Shown here piece by piece: positions 8,768 through 19,406 of a DNA stretch of 64,000 bases. The DNA is from a virus (Duplodnaviria; Caudoviricetes). The notes under the pieces are model-generated. The model did no database searches, had not been told where the DNA came from, and was given only the letters and a program-made list of their open reading frames with translations. Every line of letters starts with the position of its first letter. Position 1 is the first letter of the stretch. The stretch spans positions 32,222 through 96,221 of IMG/VR virus record IMGVR_UViG_3300006092_000342, one strand, 5' to 3'. A program made the translations under genes and the position numbers.

Positions 8768-11545
8768 TTATTTAAAAGGTTGGCCTGTAGATAATTGTAT
8801 TCTTTTTTGAGCACTTATAGGCCCTTGCAATTGTTTAAATCGCATTAATTTTTGAAATCGCTTATCGTTATAAAAGTTAGTAGGATTGCTAGAAATAATA
8901 CTAGAAATTTCATTATCTGCACTTTCTTCGGTAAGATCTCCAAATTCATCTACAGTTGTATTACTTAAAGTTTTAGTAGGAGTTGCAGTTGAAACAGTAG
9001 AATTTATCCCCTTTAAAAAGGAAGAAGTTCCTACAGGCATTCCGGTCATTCTTCCAAACTTATCCATAACTTTCATCAGGTGCTTTGACATAATTAAATT
9101 AGAAATCTCACCTTCTTTTCCAGATTCAAAAGCTTGTTTAGCTTGAGATTCTTGTGCAGATAAATTTCCTAAATTAGAAATAGTATTTACCAAAGGCCTG
9201 GTAACATTAAAAATATACTGATTTTGGAACTCTTTGTTTTTATTAACTTGTGCTGTATAATTTGCTAAATTCTGATCTTCTGCTGCAGCCCTTTGTCGAT
9301 CTAATTGATCATTACGGATTCCTGCATTTAAAACAGCTTTGTTTCGTTCGTTTACATTATTATTACTAGAAAGATAAAAAGGAACTTTTTGTGCACTTAC
9401 CCCTTGATTTTCTAATACTTGCATTTTTATAGCATCTTGATCCGCTAAACTATTATCATATACTCTTGCAATTCTACTTACATCCTCTGGTTTAAATTTG
9501 CGAGCTTGCAACTCAGAACTCGTACTGTAAATATCATTAGCAGGATTTTGTAAAGCAGAAGCAGCACTTGCAGCTATCCCAGACCCTACTGTAAATAATC
9601 GAGCTGTATTTAAATTTGAATTATCAAAGTTTTTATTTTCTAAGTCTTTTAATCTTTTATTAATGTAATCTTCTATTTCACTTCCTTCTTCATAACGTCT
9701 AACTTCCATTCCTTTCTTAGCTTCGGGAATTTCAGCTTGTTCCGGAGTATCTCCACGCATGAGAGTATTTAAATCTTTAACCAAATCTAAATAAGGAATT
9801 CTGCTTTTTTTATTTCCTTCCCAAGCCATTTTATCGAAAATATCGGTTTCAACATTTTCCGGTTTTTTGTATTTGTTTAAAACTTTCTTTAAAATAGCTA
9901 CAGGAGTTAAACCTTTTGCTTTACCATAAAATTCACCTGCAAGAGTTTTTTCTTGTGCCTCCGGAAGTTTCAGGTCTTCACTATAAAATGCAGGAGTTAA
10001 TTCGGTTTTTATTTTCTCTGCTAGCTTACGAGGCACTTTTAGATTTTTGTCATTACTGACAACATAAGCCCCGGGAGCTATAATATTTCCCATTTCATCC
10101 CTTTCCAAGGGAGTTAAAGTATCTGTTACTTTATTAGAATCTCCACTTGATTTATATTCTTTATGAGTCTTTTTTGCACCAGGTTTTGTTACATCATAAT
10201 TAGGATGGATTACTAATTCCTCTTTACTAACTTGTAAAGGCACCAAATTATTTGCAGGAACTATCTCCGGAGCTTCTCCACCTGATTGTCTTATAGGAAT
10301 TTCAGTAACATAATCTGCACTAGGAAACATTATCCGTTTAACCCCTGCTTTCATAACCTTCAATTTACCTACATTTGGAATTCCTAAAACATCAAACGGT
10401 GTATTTTTCATAGTTAGGTGATTGCTTGGAATAATATTAAAATCATTTTCGAAACTGTCAGTTCCGGGAGTATATCCGGTTTTGTTTACATTTCCTCCGG
10501 CTTCCATGTATGCTACTCTCCCTGTATCGCCATTAATACTATTTGCGGCTAACCAGGCTTTATTTTGTTGTTCAGTCTGATCAGCTTTATTAGTAGCATT
10601 AATTGCATACTTCATTAAAGAAGCTGCTCCCTGTGTAATAGCTCCTATAGGCCCTGCAGTCATAAATCCTCCGATAGTACCTAAAGCAGTTCCCCCTATA
10701 ACTCCTTTTTTATCTCCTTGTAACCCTACTCCATCTGCCTGACTACTGATTAGACTGCCTAAAGGTGCTGTATATTTTGTATAATCCTTCCCGGTAAGAA
10801 AACCTAAAACATCCCTTTTTTTACCCTTTTCTGGATCAAAAGGAATATCATCAAAATTACTAGAAGCGGAAGCCACACTTCCGCTGACGCTGGGATTAGG
10901 TTCCGGAATTGGGTTAAAAGGCTTTAATTCAGGTTGTAAAAAATCATCTTCAGGCCGGGAATCTTCTCCATAAGTAGGAGAACCTTCTTGTCGCTTTGCA
11001 ACACGAGCTTTGGGATTGAAAGTATTAACATCTTTCCCATCCTGAATGATCTTATACATTTGCTCAATGTAATCGGTTTCTGCTTGGCGACTTGGCAATG
11101 ATTTTGCCATGGTATAATCAAACAGATAATTCTTGGTTGTTTGCGGAAAATCCGGATCTCCAATCGCCTTTTTAATATTACCCTGATATTTCTGATATAA
11201 ACTCCGGGCTTTGGTAGGTCCCATATTATAAGCAGCAGCATTCCAATGTTCATCCTTAAACCCGTACTCTGCTAGAATTGAAGAGTATTTCATGCCCCCG
11301 GCTAAAGCTTCTGGTCCGGTTAAACTCTTGTAATCTCTATTTTTAAAATAACCTTTTTTTTGGAGTTCTTCGAAAGCAATAGGACTTAATTGAAGGGGGC
11401 CTGCTTTTCCATTAGTTAAATCTGGTTTGGTTAGGTGTGCACTGTCATGACGACTTTCTACCCAGGCTAATCTCTCATAATGTTTGGGAGACATTAAAAG
11501 TCCCCCGTATGGAGATCCTCCCTGTTGTAGATTGTCATGTTTCAT
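8768..11545 (-). CDS. Virion cargo protein with N-terminal lytic transglycosylase (SLT-like) domain
   Basis: WVES (catalytic Glu), GPLQL, AAAYNMGP and TKNY are the SLT motifs; the rest is low-complexity with recurrent xxGG/xxGS motifs. Confidence 0.75.
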   Translation of the reverse strand: MKHDNLQQGGSPYGGLLMSPKHYERLAWVESRHDSAHLTKPDLTNGKAGPLQLSPIAFEELQKKGYFKNRDYKSLTGPEALAGGMKYSSILAEYGFKDEHWNAAAYNMGPTKARSLYQKYQGNIKKAIGDPDFPQTTKNYLFDYTMAKSLPSRQAETDYIEQMYKIIQDGKDVNTFNPKARVAKRQEGSPTYGEDSRPEDDFLQPELKPFNPIPEPNPSVSGSVASASSNFDDIPFDPEKGKKRDVLGFLTGKDYTKYTAPLGSLISSQADGVGLQGDKKGVIGGTALGTIGGFMTAGPIGAITQGAASLMKYAINATNKADQTEQQNKAWLAANSINGDTGRVAYMEAGGNVNKTGYTPGTDSFENDFNIIPSNHLTMKNTPFDVLGIPNVGKLKVMKAGVKRIMFPSADYVTEIPIRQSGGEAPEIVPANNLVPLQVSKEELVIHPNYDVTKPGAKKTHKEYKSSGDSNKVTDTLTPLERDEMGNIIAPGAYVVSNDKNLKVPRKLAEKIKTELTPAFYSEDLKLPEAQEKTLAGEFYGKAKGLTPVAILKKVLNKYKKPENVETDIFDKMAWEGNKKSRIPYLDLVKDLNTLMRGDTPEQAEIPEAKKGMEVRRYEEGSEIEDYINKRLKDLENKNFDNSNLNTARLFTVGSGIAASAASALQNPANDIYSTSSELQARKFKPEDVSRIARVYDNSLADQDAIKMQVLENQGVSAQKVPFYLSSNNNVNERNKAVLNAGIRNDQLDRQRAAAEDQNLANYTAQVNKNKEFQNQYIFNVTRPLVNTISNLGNLSAQESQAKQAFESGKEGEISNLIMSKHLMKVMDKFGRMTGMPVGTSSFLKGINSTVSTATPTKTLSNTTVDEFGDLTEESADNEISSIISSNPTNFYNDKRFQKLMRFKQLQGPISAQKRIQLSTGQPFK

Positions 11546-14500
11546 TATCTGAGGCTGATTTTATTTTTGTCAACACATATTTTAAAATCGTTTGGACAGA
11601 TTTGTCTAGATCTTGTCGTACAAAACGATACCTTAAATACTCATCAAAAAAGACACTATCATTGGCATTTCCAAAAGTTTTGTCAAATTTAATTAAATCT
11701 TTTAACATATTGGGTAATAAGCCGTTAACCTTTTCCAATACTGCTGTAAGATCTTCTGGAGTAGATACCTTATTTAGAACTTGATAAAATTCATACTGCA
11801 TTGAATTATAACTTGTTACAGCTAAATCTCGAGGATCTGATACTGAATTTGGATTCTCGACAAAAGTTTTTAGTAATCCTGAACTTTGGTAATTATTTAA
11901 AATTCCGATATAATCAAAAAACTTATCAACTCTTCTCCATTTACCGGCAAATTCATCCCAAATCATATTTTTTAATCCTACTAGCGTGCTTGCATATTCA
12001 AAACCACGCCCGAATCGATTATTAAATTCCCGCGAAACTATGTCAATGATAAACGGGTATTTTATATCATAGAATACCAAATAAGAGTCTTTATTGTCAG
12101 CATGGCGCCATAATTTTCCATCATTCCAGTTATACATGTAGTTCCGATCCCACGTATAATAATCAGGAACATAGCTATGAAATCCTACAAAAAAACGTTT
12201 TTCTTTCCCTATGTAATAACTTAAAGTAAAACTCCTATTTTCAAACCATTCAGGATTCCCTAATTCAATCACGGTATTCGTACCTTTTAAATAAAAAATA
12301 TCATTGACTAGCTTAAGCTTTGTTGGATTTTTACATTTCCAGTCTTTTTTGGTTATTAAAATACGACTAAATCTATGATCAATTCCTAAAGAGAAACCGG
12401 TTTTATGCCCTTGACTAATACCCGGGTAATCTGGGAAATCTTCTGCTAAATACATGCGGATATTATTTTTAAAAAAAGATTTAAGGCCCCTAGTACTCAA
12501 TTCGTCATTTGAGCCTGTCCAATTATTGATCGTTCTAGCTTTCCGATCGATAAAGAAATGACCCCATTCTGAGGTAATACTAGCGCTAGGATCAATACAT
12601 CCTCCTTTACCTTCAGCAATATTACCAAAAACGTCATAAGGCTTTCCAAAGAAACCACCATCTCCTAACCGAGCTTTATCCCCATTACTGATATCTATGC
12701 TCATTTGGCCGAAACGTAAATCTTTTATTGAATCTGATGTTTGCGCCCAAACTCTGTTTCCCCAATGAATTAGATTTTTGATCAATCCAAAATTGGTATC
12801 TAAATCAATGTAATTATTAATTTTAAATCTTCGGAAAGCATCTCCTTTACTAGCAACATTTTGCTTATTGCCAATATAAACACGCCCGTTAAGCTCCCCT
12901 AAACATTTGCACAAATTATATCCAATAGGGACACCATAGTTATACCAGAGCAGTGTGAAACTTTTTGACCAATCATACTTATTATGTAAGTCATGAAACC
13001 CTTTTATCCCTCCAATTTTGGGACCGCCATCTTGATCTCCTAAACAGCTATCAATTCCTAATAATAAAATTAAATTTGTGTTTCTAGTAATACTTAAAAA
13101 AATCACATAAAAAGCTATTCCTAAACCAATCATTACATATCCTAACACGCTGGTTAAACTAATCGCAGACATCGCTCCATACATTAAAATACCTACTGCA
13201 AGTCTAATAATAGTGTTTGCCCATAGAACTAATTTATCTAATTTACTCAACCCTACAATAGACCAGTACATTCTAGATAACCACGAAATTTCTTGATCAG
13301 TCTTTGGCGGAAAATTAGGATCTAACTCCTGATTCTTAAGTTTTGGATAATAGATTTCATTGAAAGGAGCTCTTTCATCTCCCAAGATTCTAGCATGTAA
13401 ATTGACTTTACATTCTACCATAAAGGTATTGTTACTAGTAAGAACTCCAGGCCAATATTGGCTTAAACCTCTATATCCTTGAAAAGGTGTAGTACCATCC
13501 CAAGGATTTCCAGGACGAAGCATATTATTGTTTCTAGGATCATCTTCCCCGCTTTGTGGAGGATCTCCGCAATCACTTACGCCAAAAATTTGTTCAAAAA
13601 AGTTAGAAGGATTTACATTAAGACCAACCCGATCTGATACTACAGAATGTCTCTTTACGGAATATTGTCCAATATAAACATCCCCCGCTAATAAATTAAC
13701 AGCACCACAAATACTTTCCGTTTCTGTCAATAAATGAATATCTGCATATTTTGCATTCTCAATCCTTCCATATTGATTTGGAATATTTCGAAGAAGAACT
13801 GCATAATGACAAGATGCATTATGAATATCTGCTTCATGATATTTTCCATCTCCCATAAAAGAAAAATCACATGTATTATTGGCAGCGAGATTTCCAAAAT
13901 TTCGATTGCCATTATAGCTATTATCAGATAAAAAAGGATCAATTCCATGTTTTAATGTCGGAAAACTTCCAGGTTCTAATTCTAGATATACACTTGATTC
14001 CCGAAATTTATTCATTAAACTAAAAGTGAATCGATCTTCTTTATTGACTATCTTATTAGCTTCTGCATATACTGCAGCTTTTACACAATATAAACTTGGG
14101 ACTTCTCTATATTTAGGTTCTCTACGATTTTTTGCAAAAACACAAACTTCTTTAAAAACTGAATTATTGTTTACATCATACGTTACGGTAAGTCCATTTT
14201 GCAATACTGCAGAATATAAACAACCTTCGTTTGTTTCGACCTCAATAAAACACTCACAAACAAATGTAGAATTAAAGGGTAAGTTCTTAGTTGTATTACT
14301 ATCTCTGTAATTAGTTTTTCCTAATAAATCTATGGTTAAGTCATTACCTTGATTATCTAATAAACGTAGTTTAAAAGTTTTGATTCCTGTAGGAGCTGTT
14401 ATAATTTTTACTTCTCTTACTATAACAAGTCGATTAGCTGGTAATTGATTAAGCTGAATAAAAAAGCTAAAACAAAGTTCTTGTGTACAATAACCTTCCT

Positions 14501-17500
14501 CTACTAGTATTTTACTACTATTCCTATCATAATGGTTTAAATGAATCGCTTGTCTACATCCTTTTCTATTATAGTATCTCGCGGAATAACTATCTGGTTC
14601 AGTCATTTTACTGCTGGTCCCGTGTCTTCTACCCGAACCGTATATTTCTAGTGGACACTTTATTTGAGAAATATTTAAAGGCGGTTTTCCATATTGTGTA
14701 TCTGGACTAAAAAACACATATGCTGGAACTGTTGGAAGTATTCCTCCACGACTAGGAGTTCTAGAATTGTCATTTAACCATTTAATATCCATGCTAAACT
14801 TCTCTAAAGAGTTTACACCATGGTTAGGATACATGAAAGATTGAGCATGCAATTGTCCTTGGAAACAACCGACTAACTTTCCCTTTGCAATAACTCGACT
14901 ATTACTATCATCCCTGGGCTCCATACCAATCTTCCATTGGCGAATATTACATCCAGGTTTTATATAATCTTCAGAGTCTAGATCTGGAATTCCTGTAATA
15001 ATATATCCCAATAAAATAACATAAGCATCATTACTTTCTAAATTCGCAGGATCTAATCGATGTGGCACCCCATTTTGAAAACTAATATAATGAGGAAGTA
15101 CACTTTCATCCGGACCCAGAATATGTCGTATAGGCATTCCTGCATCTTGCCCATAGATAAAATTACCATTACAATCTTTATCTAATGGATAAGTCTCCGT
15201 ACTTTCCCAATATCCGCACTCTCCTTCTGCAAAAATTGGAAGATCATAATCAATAATATTGCAACCTTTTTCATCATAAATAGGAACTGGTTCGCATATT
15301 TTACTATTAAGAGCCTGACTTAAAGTAGGAGTAGTTTTACGATCAAATTGATAAACAGGAGGTTGATAAACCGGACGTTCATATATTTTAACTTCTGTCC
15401 CATCTCTGCGACGAATTATTTGTGTCTTTAGATCTAATTCGGATTCATTTTCCCAAGGTATTGTCCATTTTTTTCCAAAGAGTTGCATTAAAGGTTCACA
15501 CTTTTCCGGAATACAGCAAAGAATTGCTTTAAAATCAAAACTTTCCCAAGGATTTAAAGCTCCATATTCTGATAAGATACACGTATTACTATCATCGTTA
15601 TACCAAATAGGATTTTTTGGATTTGTAGGTAAACACCCCTGTTCCGGACAATCTGTATTACATCCTGCACATCCAGAAGGACAATCTTCTTTTTTACATT
15701 TAGTTAAACATTCTATATAACTAGAATAGTCTCCGTTATCATCAGGTAAACACCCCTGATCAGTACACCTAAAACGGCCATCTTGACTATATTCACAAGT
15801 ACTTCTACATGCCAATAAACTGCTGAATTCTCCATCCTCGGCAGCTTCACAAGCCCCATTAGTACATCGATACCTCTCTTGCCCATTTATATTGCAATGT
15901 TTTGAACACTCAAATAAGGTACTATAAGGCCCTTCGAGATCTGTAACACAATTTCCATTTGCCGGATCACATCTCCATTTACTAGTACGCTCTGCAGAAC
16001 AATTATCTTTACATGCTTGATAACTTCTCCATTCTCCATTTTGTCCTGCAGCAATACAACCGGTTTCTCTACAATCATATGTTTCTTCAGGCTCCTCATT
16101 ACATTCGCACCATCCTGTTATAGCATTTACGAAATCATCCAGAGTTCGACCAACAACAATTGAATTACCACTCATGCAGTCAAACTCAAAGCTGATATCA
16201 ATATAATCTTTAGGATCTCTATCGATTACTACGAGATGTACATTATATTGAGGTAAAGCAGCTGCTAATTGTCCCCAAACACCGCTGGCATCAAAAGCAT
16301 CACATGCAGGACAATTTGGAGTTTTATTATAAGTAATAACAACATCACAAACTCCGAGTCCTATCTGCTCGTTCCCCGTATTGTAATAACTACTGCCTGT
16401 ACTATTACCAGAACAACCTTGACTGCATCCGCCGGTACAAGAAGTACCAGAACACCCGCCAGAACATCCTGAACATTTTGCACCACAATTTTGACATAAT
16501 CCATTTTTACAACAACCTAATCCATAGCAACTTTTACTACAAGTAGCAGTGCATGGTCCTTGAACCGCTATACCTTGATAAACACTTCCCGGATTACAAT
16601 GACGACCTTTAGGACATCCTGAATTAGGATCGGTTTCATCTTGTTTATCTATTTTTAAACTAAATGCAGATACCTGGGAATCTTCCATCATTTCGTATGG
16701 ATTTCCACAATACCACTTAGTAACACTTGCAGTATTTTCTACTTGCCAGCGTTCCAACTCGCATTCAGTACAATTTCTAGGATCGGAAATAGGTATTTTT
16801 TCCCGATCATATGGAGTGGCTCGTCTCCCTGGAATATGACCAAACCTACTATAAGTACCATCACACCATACTTTTGAAAGCGCCAAACTCATAACCTCAT
16901 CTCGAGGCATGCTAGTGTATTTATGCGCTTCTGATAGAGGTGCTAATTTTGCAAACCACCTTACTCTTAAATTCCGACTATATTTAAGTATTGGAAAATT
17001 AGGTTCTCCATACGTATTAAATAGTACAGCATGTCCGTCTATAATATCAATATCTTCTCCCCTAATATAAGCTATGTCTTTATTTCGGATATCATCTATT
17101 GTAATCGGTATTCCGCTAAACTGTCTATGATTTGTAAGAAGAACTTGTTGTTTAGTTCTCGTGAAAGGAATTTTTGGTAGAAGTTTTACACTTACCTCAA
17201 AACCAATATTCCGAACAATTGCTATTTCTATAAACTCAAAATGTGCACTTCTATTTCCTTCTACAACAATATCGATTGCGTTTTCTGAAACTTCTCCCGG
17301 AATTTGATTAGGACTATCTAAAATTAAAGGATCACTTCCCCAAAAGAAATTTGTATGGTTATTATCCTCATCTGTTAAACGAACAAAAGCATAATATTTA
17401 CCTCCAACAAGATCTAATCCTCCATACTTTACTTGACGTAATTTAACCAAAGGACCGCAATCACAAGGCAATAGAAGTAAATCTTCATAAGTAACATCGC

Positions 17501-17960
17501 AAAAACTTTTACTAATATTTAATACATAGTATGTACTACAAGCAACGAAAATAACATGATGTTCTCTACACTCTCCTTTTACAAAAAACTTAGGTTTAAT
17601 CTTTTTACTAATTCCAAAATTTAATTTTTTTGTGTACTTGGAATCGTTTAAATACGTACTATACTCTTTTGTAATTAAATTTACTTTTCCGATTTCAGAA
17701 GTACCTGTAGATTGATTATAACTAAAAACAAGTAATTCATTTTTGTCAGGAATTAAAATATCTCCTCTACTTACAAATCCTTCTGGAAGACTTGCTATGA
17801 ACTCTAAAGAAGGTTCACTTGCAATTCCATAATTCTCATGATCTTCAGTTTCTACTACTCCATTTAAAAGAAAAGACCATGTACCAGGTACTTGGTTTTC
17901 CTCAAGATTTGCTAACCATAAGCCCGCATTGAGATCATTTTGAATTTGGTCTTTCTTCAT
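11535..17960 (-). CDS. Tail muzzle / stabilisation protein (P22 gp10-like, crAss Tstab) with Cys-rich and thioredoxin-like insertions
   Basis: 2141 aa. C-terminal FTLSY...FVGFHSYVPDYY and CGYWESTETYP...IRH motifs resemble crAss-like Tstab; follows the tail-tube gene. Confidence 0.75.
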   Translation of the reverse strand: MKKDQIQNDLNAGLWLANLEENQVPGTWSFLLNGVVETEDHENYGIASEPSLEFIASLPEGFVSRGDILIPDKNELLVFSYNQSTGTSEIGKVNLITKEYSTYLNDSKYTKKLNFGISKKIKPKFFVKGECREHHVIFVACSTYYVLNISKSFCDVTYEDLLLLPCDCGPLVKLRQVKYGGLDLVGGKYYAFVRLTDEDNNHTNFFWGSDPLILDSPNQIPGEVSENAIDIVVEGNRSAHFEFIEIAIVRNIGFEVSVKLLPKIPFTRTKQQVLLTNHRQFSGIPITIDDIRNKDIAYIRGEDIDIIDGHAVLFNTYGEPNFPILKYSRNLRVRWFAKLAPLSEAHKYTSMPRDEVMSLALSKVWCDGTYSRFGHIPGRRATPYDREKIPISDPRNCTECELERWQVENTASVTKWYCGNPYEMMEDSQVSAFSLKIDKQDETDPNSGCPKGRHCNPGSVYQGIAVQGPCTATCSKSCYGLGCCKNGLCQNCGAKCSGCSGGCSGTSCTGGCSQGCSGNSTGSSYYNTGNEQIGLGVCDVVITYNKTPNCPACDAFDASGVWGQLAAALPQYNVHLVVIDRDPKDYIDISFEFDCMSGNSIVVGRTLDDFVNAITGWCECNEEPEETYDCRETGCIAAGQNGEWRSYQACKDNCSAERTSKWRCDPANGNCVTDLEGPYSTLFECSKHCNINGQERYRCTNGACEAAEDGEFSSLLACRSTCEYSQDGRFRCTDQGCLPDDNGDYSSYIECLTKCKKEDCPSGCAGCNTDCPEQGCLPTNPKNPIWYNDDSNTCILSEYGALNPWESFDFKAILCCIPEKCEPLMQLFGKKWTIPWENESELDLKTQIIRRRDGTEVKIYERPVYQPPVYQFDRKTTPTLSQALNSKICEPVPIYDEKGCNIIDYDLPIFAEGECGYWESTETYPLDKDCNGNFIYGQDAGMPIRHILGPDESVLPHYISFQNGVPHRLDPANLESNDAYVILLGYIITGIPDLDSEDYIKPGCNIRQWKIGMEPRDDSNSRVIAKGKLVGCFQGQLHAQSFMYPNHGVNSLEKFSMDIKWLNDNSRTPSRGGILPTVPAYVFFSPDTQYGKPPLNISQIKCPLEIYGSGRRHGTSSKMTEPDSYSARYYNRKGCRQAIHLNHYDRNSSKILVEEGYCTQELCFSFFIQLNQLPANRLVIVREVKIITAPTGIKTFKLRLLDNQGNDLTIDLLGKTNYRDSNTTKNLPFNSTFVCECFIEVETNEGCLYSAVLQNGLTVTYDVNNNSVFKEVCVFAKNRREPKYREVPSLYCVKAAVYAEANKIVNKEDRFTFSLMNKFRESSVYLELEPGSFPTLKHGIDPFLSDNSYNGNRNFGNLAANNTCDFSFMGDGKYHEADIHNASCHYAVLLRNIPNQYGRIENAKYADIHLLTETESICGAVNLLAGDVYIGQYSVKRHSVVSDRVGLNVNPSNFFEQIFGVSDCGDPPQSGEDDPRNNNMLRPGNPWDGTTPFQGYRGLSQYWPGVLTSNNTFMVECKVNLHARILGDERAPFNEIYYPKLKNQELDPNFPPKTDQEISWLSRMYWSIVGLSKLDKLVLWANTIIRLAVGILMYGAMSAISLTSVLGYVMIGLGIAFYVIFLSITRNTNLILLLGIDSCLGDQDGGPKIGGIKGFHDLHNKYDWSKSFTLLWYNYGVPIGYNLCKCLGELNGRVYIGNKQNVASKGDAFRRFKINNYIDLDTNFGLIKNLIHWGNRVWAQTSDSIKDLRFGQMSIDISNGDKARLGDGGFFGKPYDVFGNIAEGKGGCIDPSASITSEWGHFFIDRKARTINNWTGSNDELSTRGLKSFFKNNIRMYLAEDFPDYPGISQGHKTGFSLGIDHRFSRILITKKDWKCKNPTKLKLVNDIFYLKGTNTVIELGNPEWFENRSFTLSYYIGKEKRFFVGFHSYVPDYYTWDRNYMYNWNDGKLWRHADNKDSYLVFYDIKYPFIIDIVSREFNNRFGRGFEYASTLVGLKNMIWDEFAGKWRRVDKFFDYIGILNNYQSSGLLKTFVENPNSVSDPRDLAVTSYNSMQYEFYQVLNKVSTPEDLTAVLEKVNGLLPNMLKDLIKFDKTFGNANDSVFFDEYLRYRFVRQDLDKSVQTILKYVLTKIKSASDNET

Positions 17961-17975
17961 TAAACTTTAAATACA

Positions 17976-18944
17976 TTATTCTAAATAGTTCTCAAAATCC
18001 CCAAAATCATATCCTCTACGATACATATTTTCATAGCCATTTGTTGGAATTAATTGATTTAATTGTGCTGCAATAGAATCCCATCGATCAGGACTAATTT
18101 TAGATAATTCTCCAATTGCTGCATACTCTGTTTCATCTAATAACTGCTTACTTAATTTCAGACGAGCTTGTGTTTCATTGTCTAATTTATTGCGACTTCT
18201 CGCATAATCCCACCAAAAATCTAAATTAGCCCTAATAGCTGCAAATACTTTAGGATTATTTGGCACCTTCAAAAATCCATCCTGCATTGCATATCCTTTG
18301 TAGGATAACAATACCCAACCTTCATCAAAGTTTAAAACAATATTGGGCAAATCAATTTCATACGCAATTTCAGTATCTACATTTAAGTTTAAACATTCTT
18401 TTGTATAATATTGACTATTATGAAAAGCTCCTTGTGCTGGACGCATTATATGAAACCCAGGAGCTAATTTACAATTTCCATAAGGATGTAAAGGATCTGG
18501 ACTTTTAAAATTATGGAAATGAGGATAATTTTTTAAACGTAATTCCGGATAATCGAATTCCTGTAGATCGATTCGATATAATAAATCAGAACATTCACAT
18601 TCAGTTTTACCACACTTATTGCATTCTAGACTTACAACAAATTTACAATCATCTCCCAAATTGTATTGAATGTAATCTCTAATAATTGTACGAGTAGGAG
18701 GTACTTGTATTTGTGCAAAAGCTGCTAATGTCACATGACGAAACCCTGGAGGTAATACGCCTACTTTATTTTTTATAGGAATTAAGGCAATTCCTTTTAT
18801 AAAATTGTCCCCACGTAATAAATTTTGAATACAATCATTTATAACTGCATACGCCCAACGTTGTTTAGGCAAATCAGTATCATCTACTTGACGTGTTAAC
18901 CAATCTTTATAGGCTTCTTCTATATGTAAAAATGATGTTTCCAT
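17976..18944 (-). CDS. Tail tubular/ring protein (P22 gp4-like, crAss Ttub)
   Basis: Directly upstream of the muzzle; NFDEGWVLLSYKG...GFLKVPNN motif like crAss Ttub; 322 aa. Confidence 0.65.
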   Translation of the reverse strand: METSFLHIEEAYKDWLTRQVDDTDLPKQRWAYAVINDCIQNLLRGDNFIKGIALIPIKNKVGVLPPGFRHVTLAAFAQIQVPPTRTIIRDYIQYNLGDDCKFVVSLECNKCGKTECECSDLLYRIDLQEFDYPELRLKNYPHFHNFKSPDPLHPYGNCKLAPGFHIMRPAQGAFHNSQYYTKECLNLNVDTEIAYEIDLPNIVLNFDEGWVLLSYKGYAMQDGFLKVPNNPKVFAAIRANLDFWWDYARSRNKLDNETQARLKLSKQLLDETEYAAIGELSKISPDRWDSIAAQLNQLIPTNGYENMYRRGYDFGDFENYLE

Positions 18945-19405
18945 TAAACTCGGTGTAAAACTGTATCATAACTAGGAACAGATCTATCTGAATGACTTTC
19001 TAATATAAATTTACTTATAAGTCCTTTAATATTTTTATGCCATCGAAATTGGTAATAGTCTGAATTACGCATTTGTGTATATTGAAGTCTTGTATCCCAT
19101 TTTGTATAAAACATGTATCCAAAAGTTTCATAGTTTAATTTCATTATTAAAATCTTCTTTTGGACAGACTTCATTTTATCTCCATTGGTTAATAATCCAT
19201 GGCATGTATTTCTTGATTTACACTTAACAAGAGAAATAAAACCCATTCTTCTCGGAAAAATGAAAACCCCATTTTTATAAATAAACTCTTTGCAAATTAA
19301 AGTTAGGATAGATACAATTACTTTTTTCCAGACTTCAAACGTGTATTTATTATTGTCTGTAGCAATTATGTAATCTTCATATAAGATCTCAAAAGTTACG
19401 TCCAT
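18944..19405 (-). CDS. IHF/HU-like protein of the crAss tail module
   Basis: GVFIFPRRMGFISLVK resembles the HU/IHF arm; crAss-like phages carry an IHF-like gene at this position. Confidence 0.55.
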   Translation of the reverse strand: MDVTFEILYEDYIIATDNNKYTFEVWKKVIVSILTLICKEFIYKNGVFIFPRRMGFISLVKCKSRNTCHGLLTNGDKMKSVQKKILIMKLNYETFGYMFYTKWDTRLQYTQMRNSDYYQFRWHKNIKGLISKFILESHSDRSVPSYDTVLHRV

Positions 19406-19406
19406 C

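Noticed and set aside
16405-16620. RiPP precursor (CXXX-repeat type)
   Set aside because: It is internal to a 2141 aa structural protein, and there is no radical SAM or other maturase in the window.
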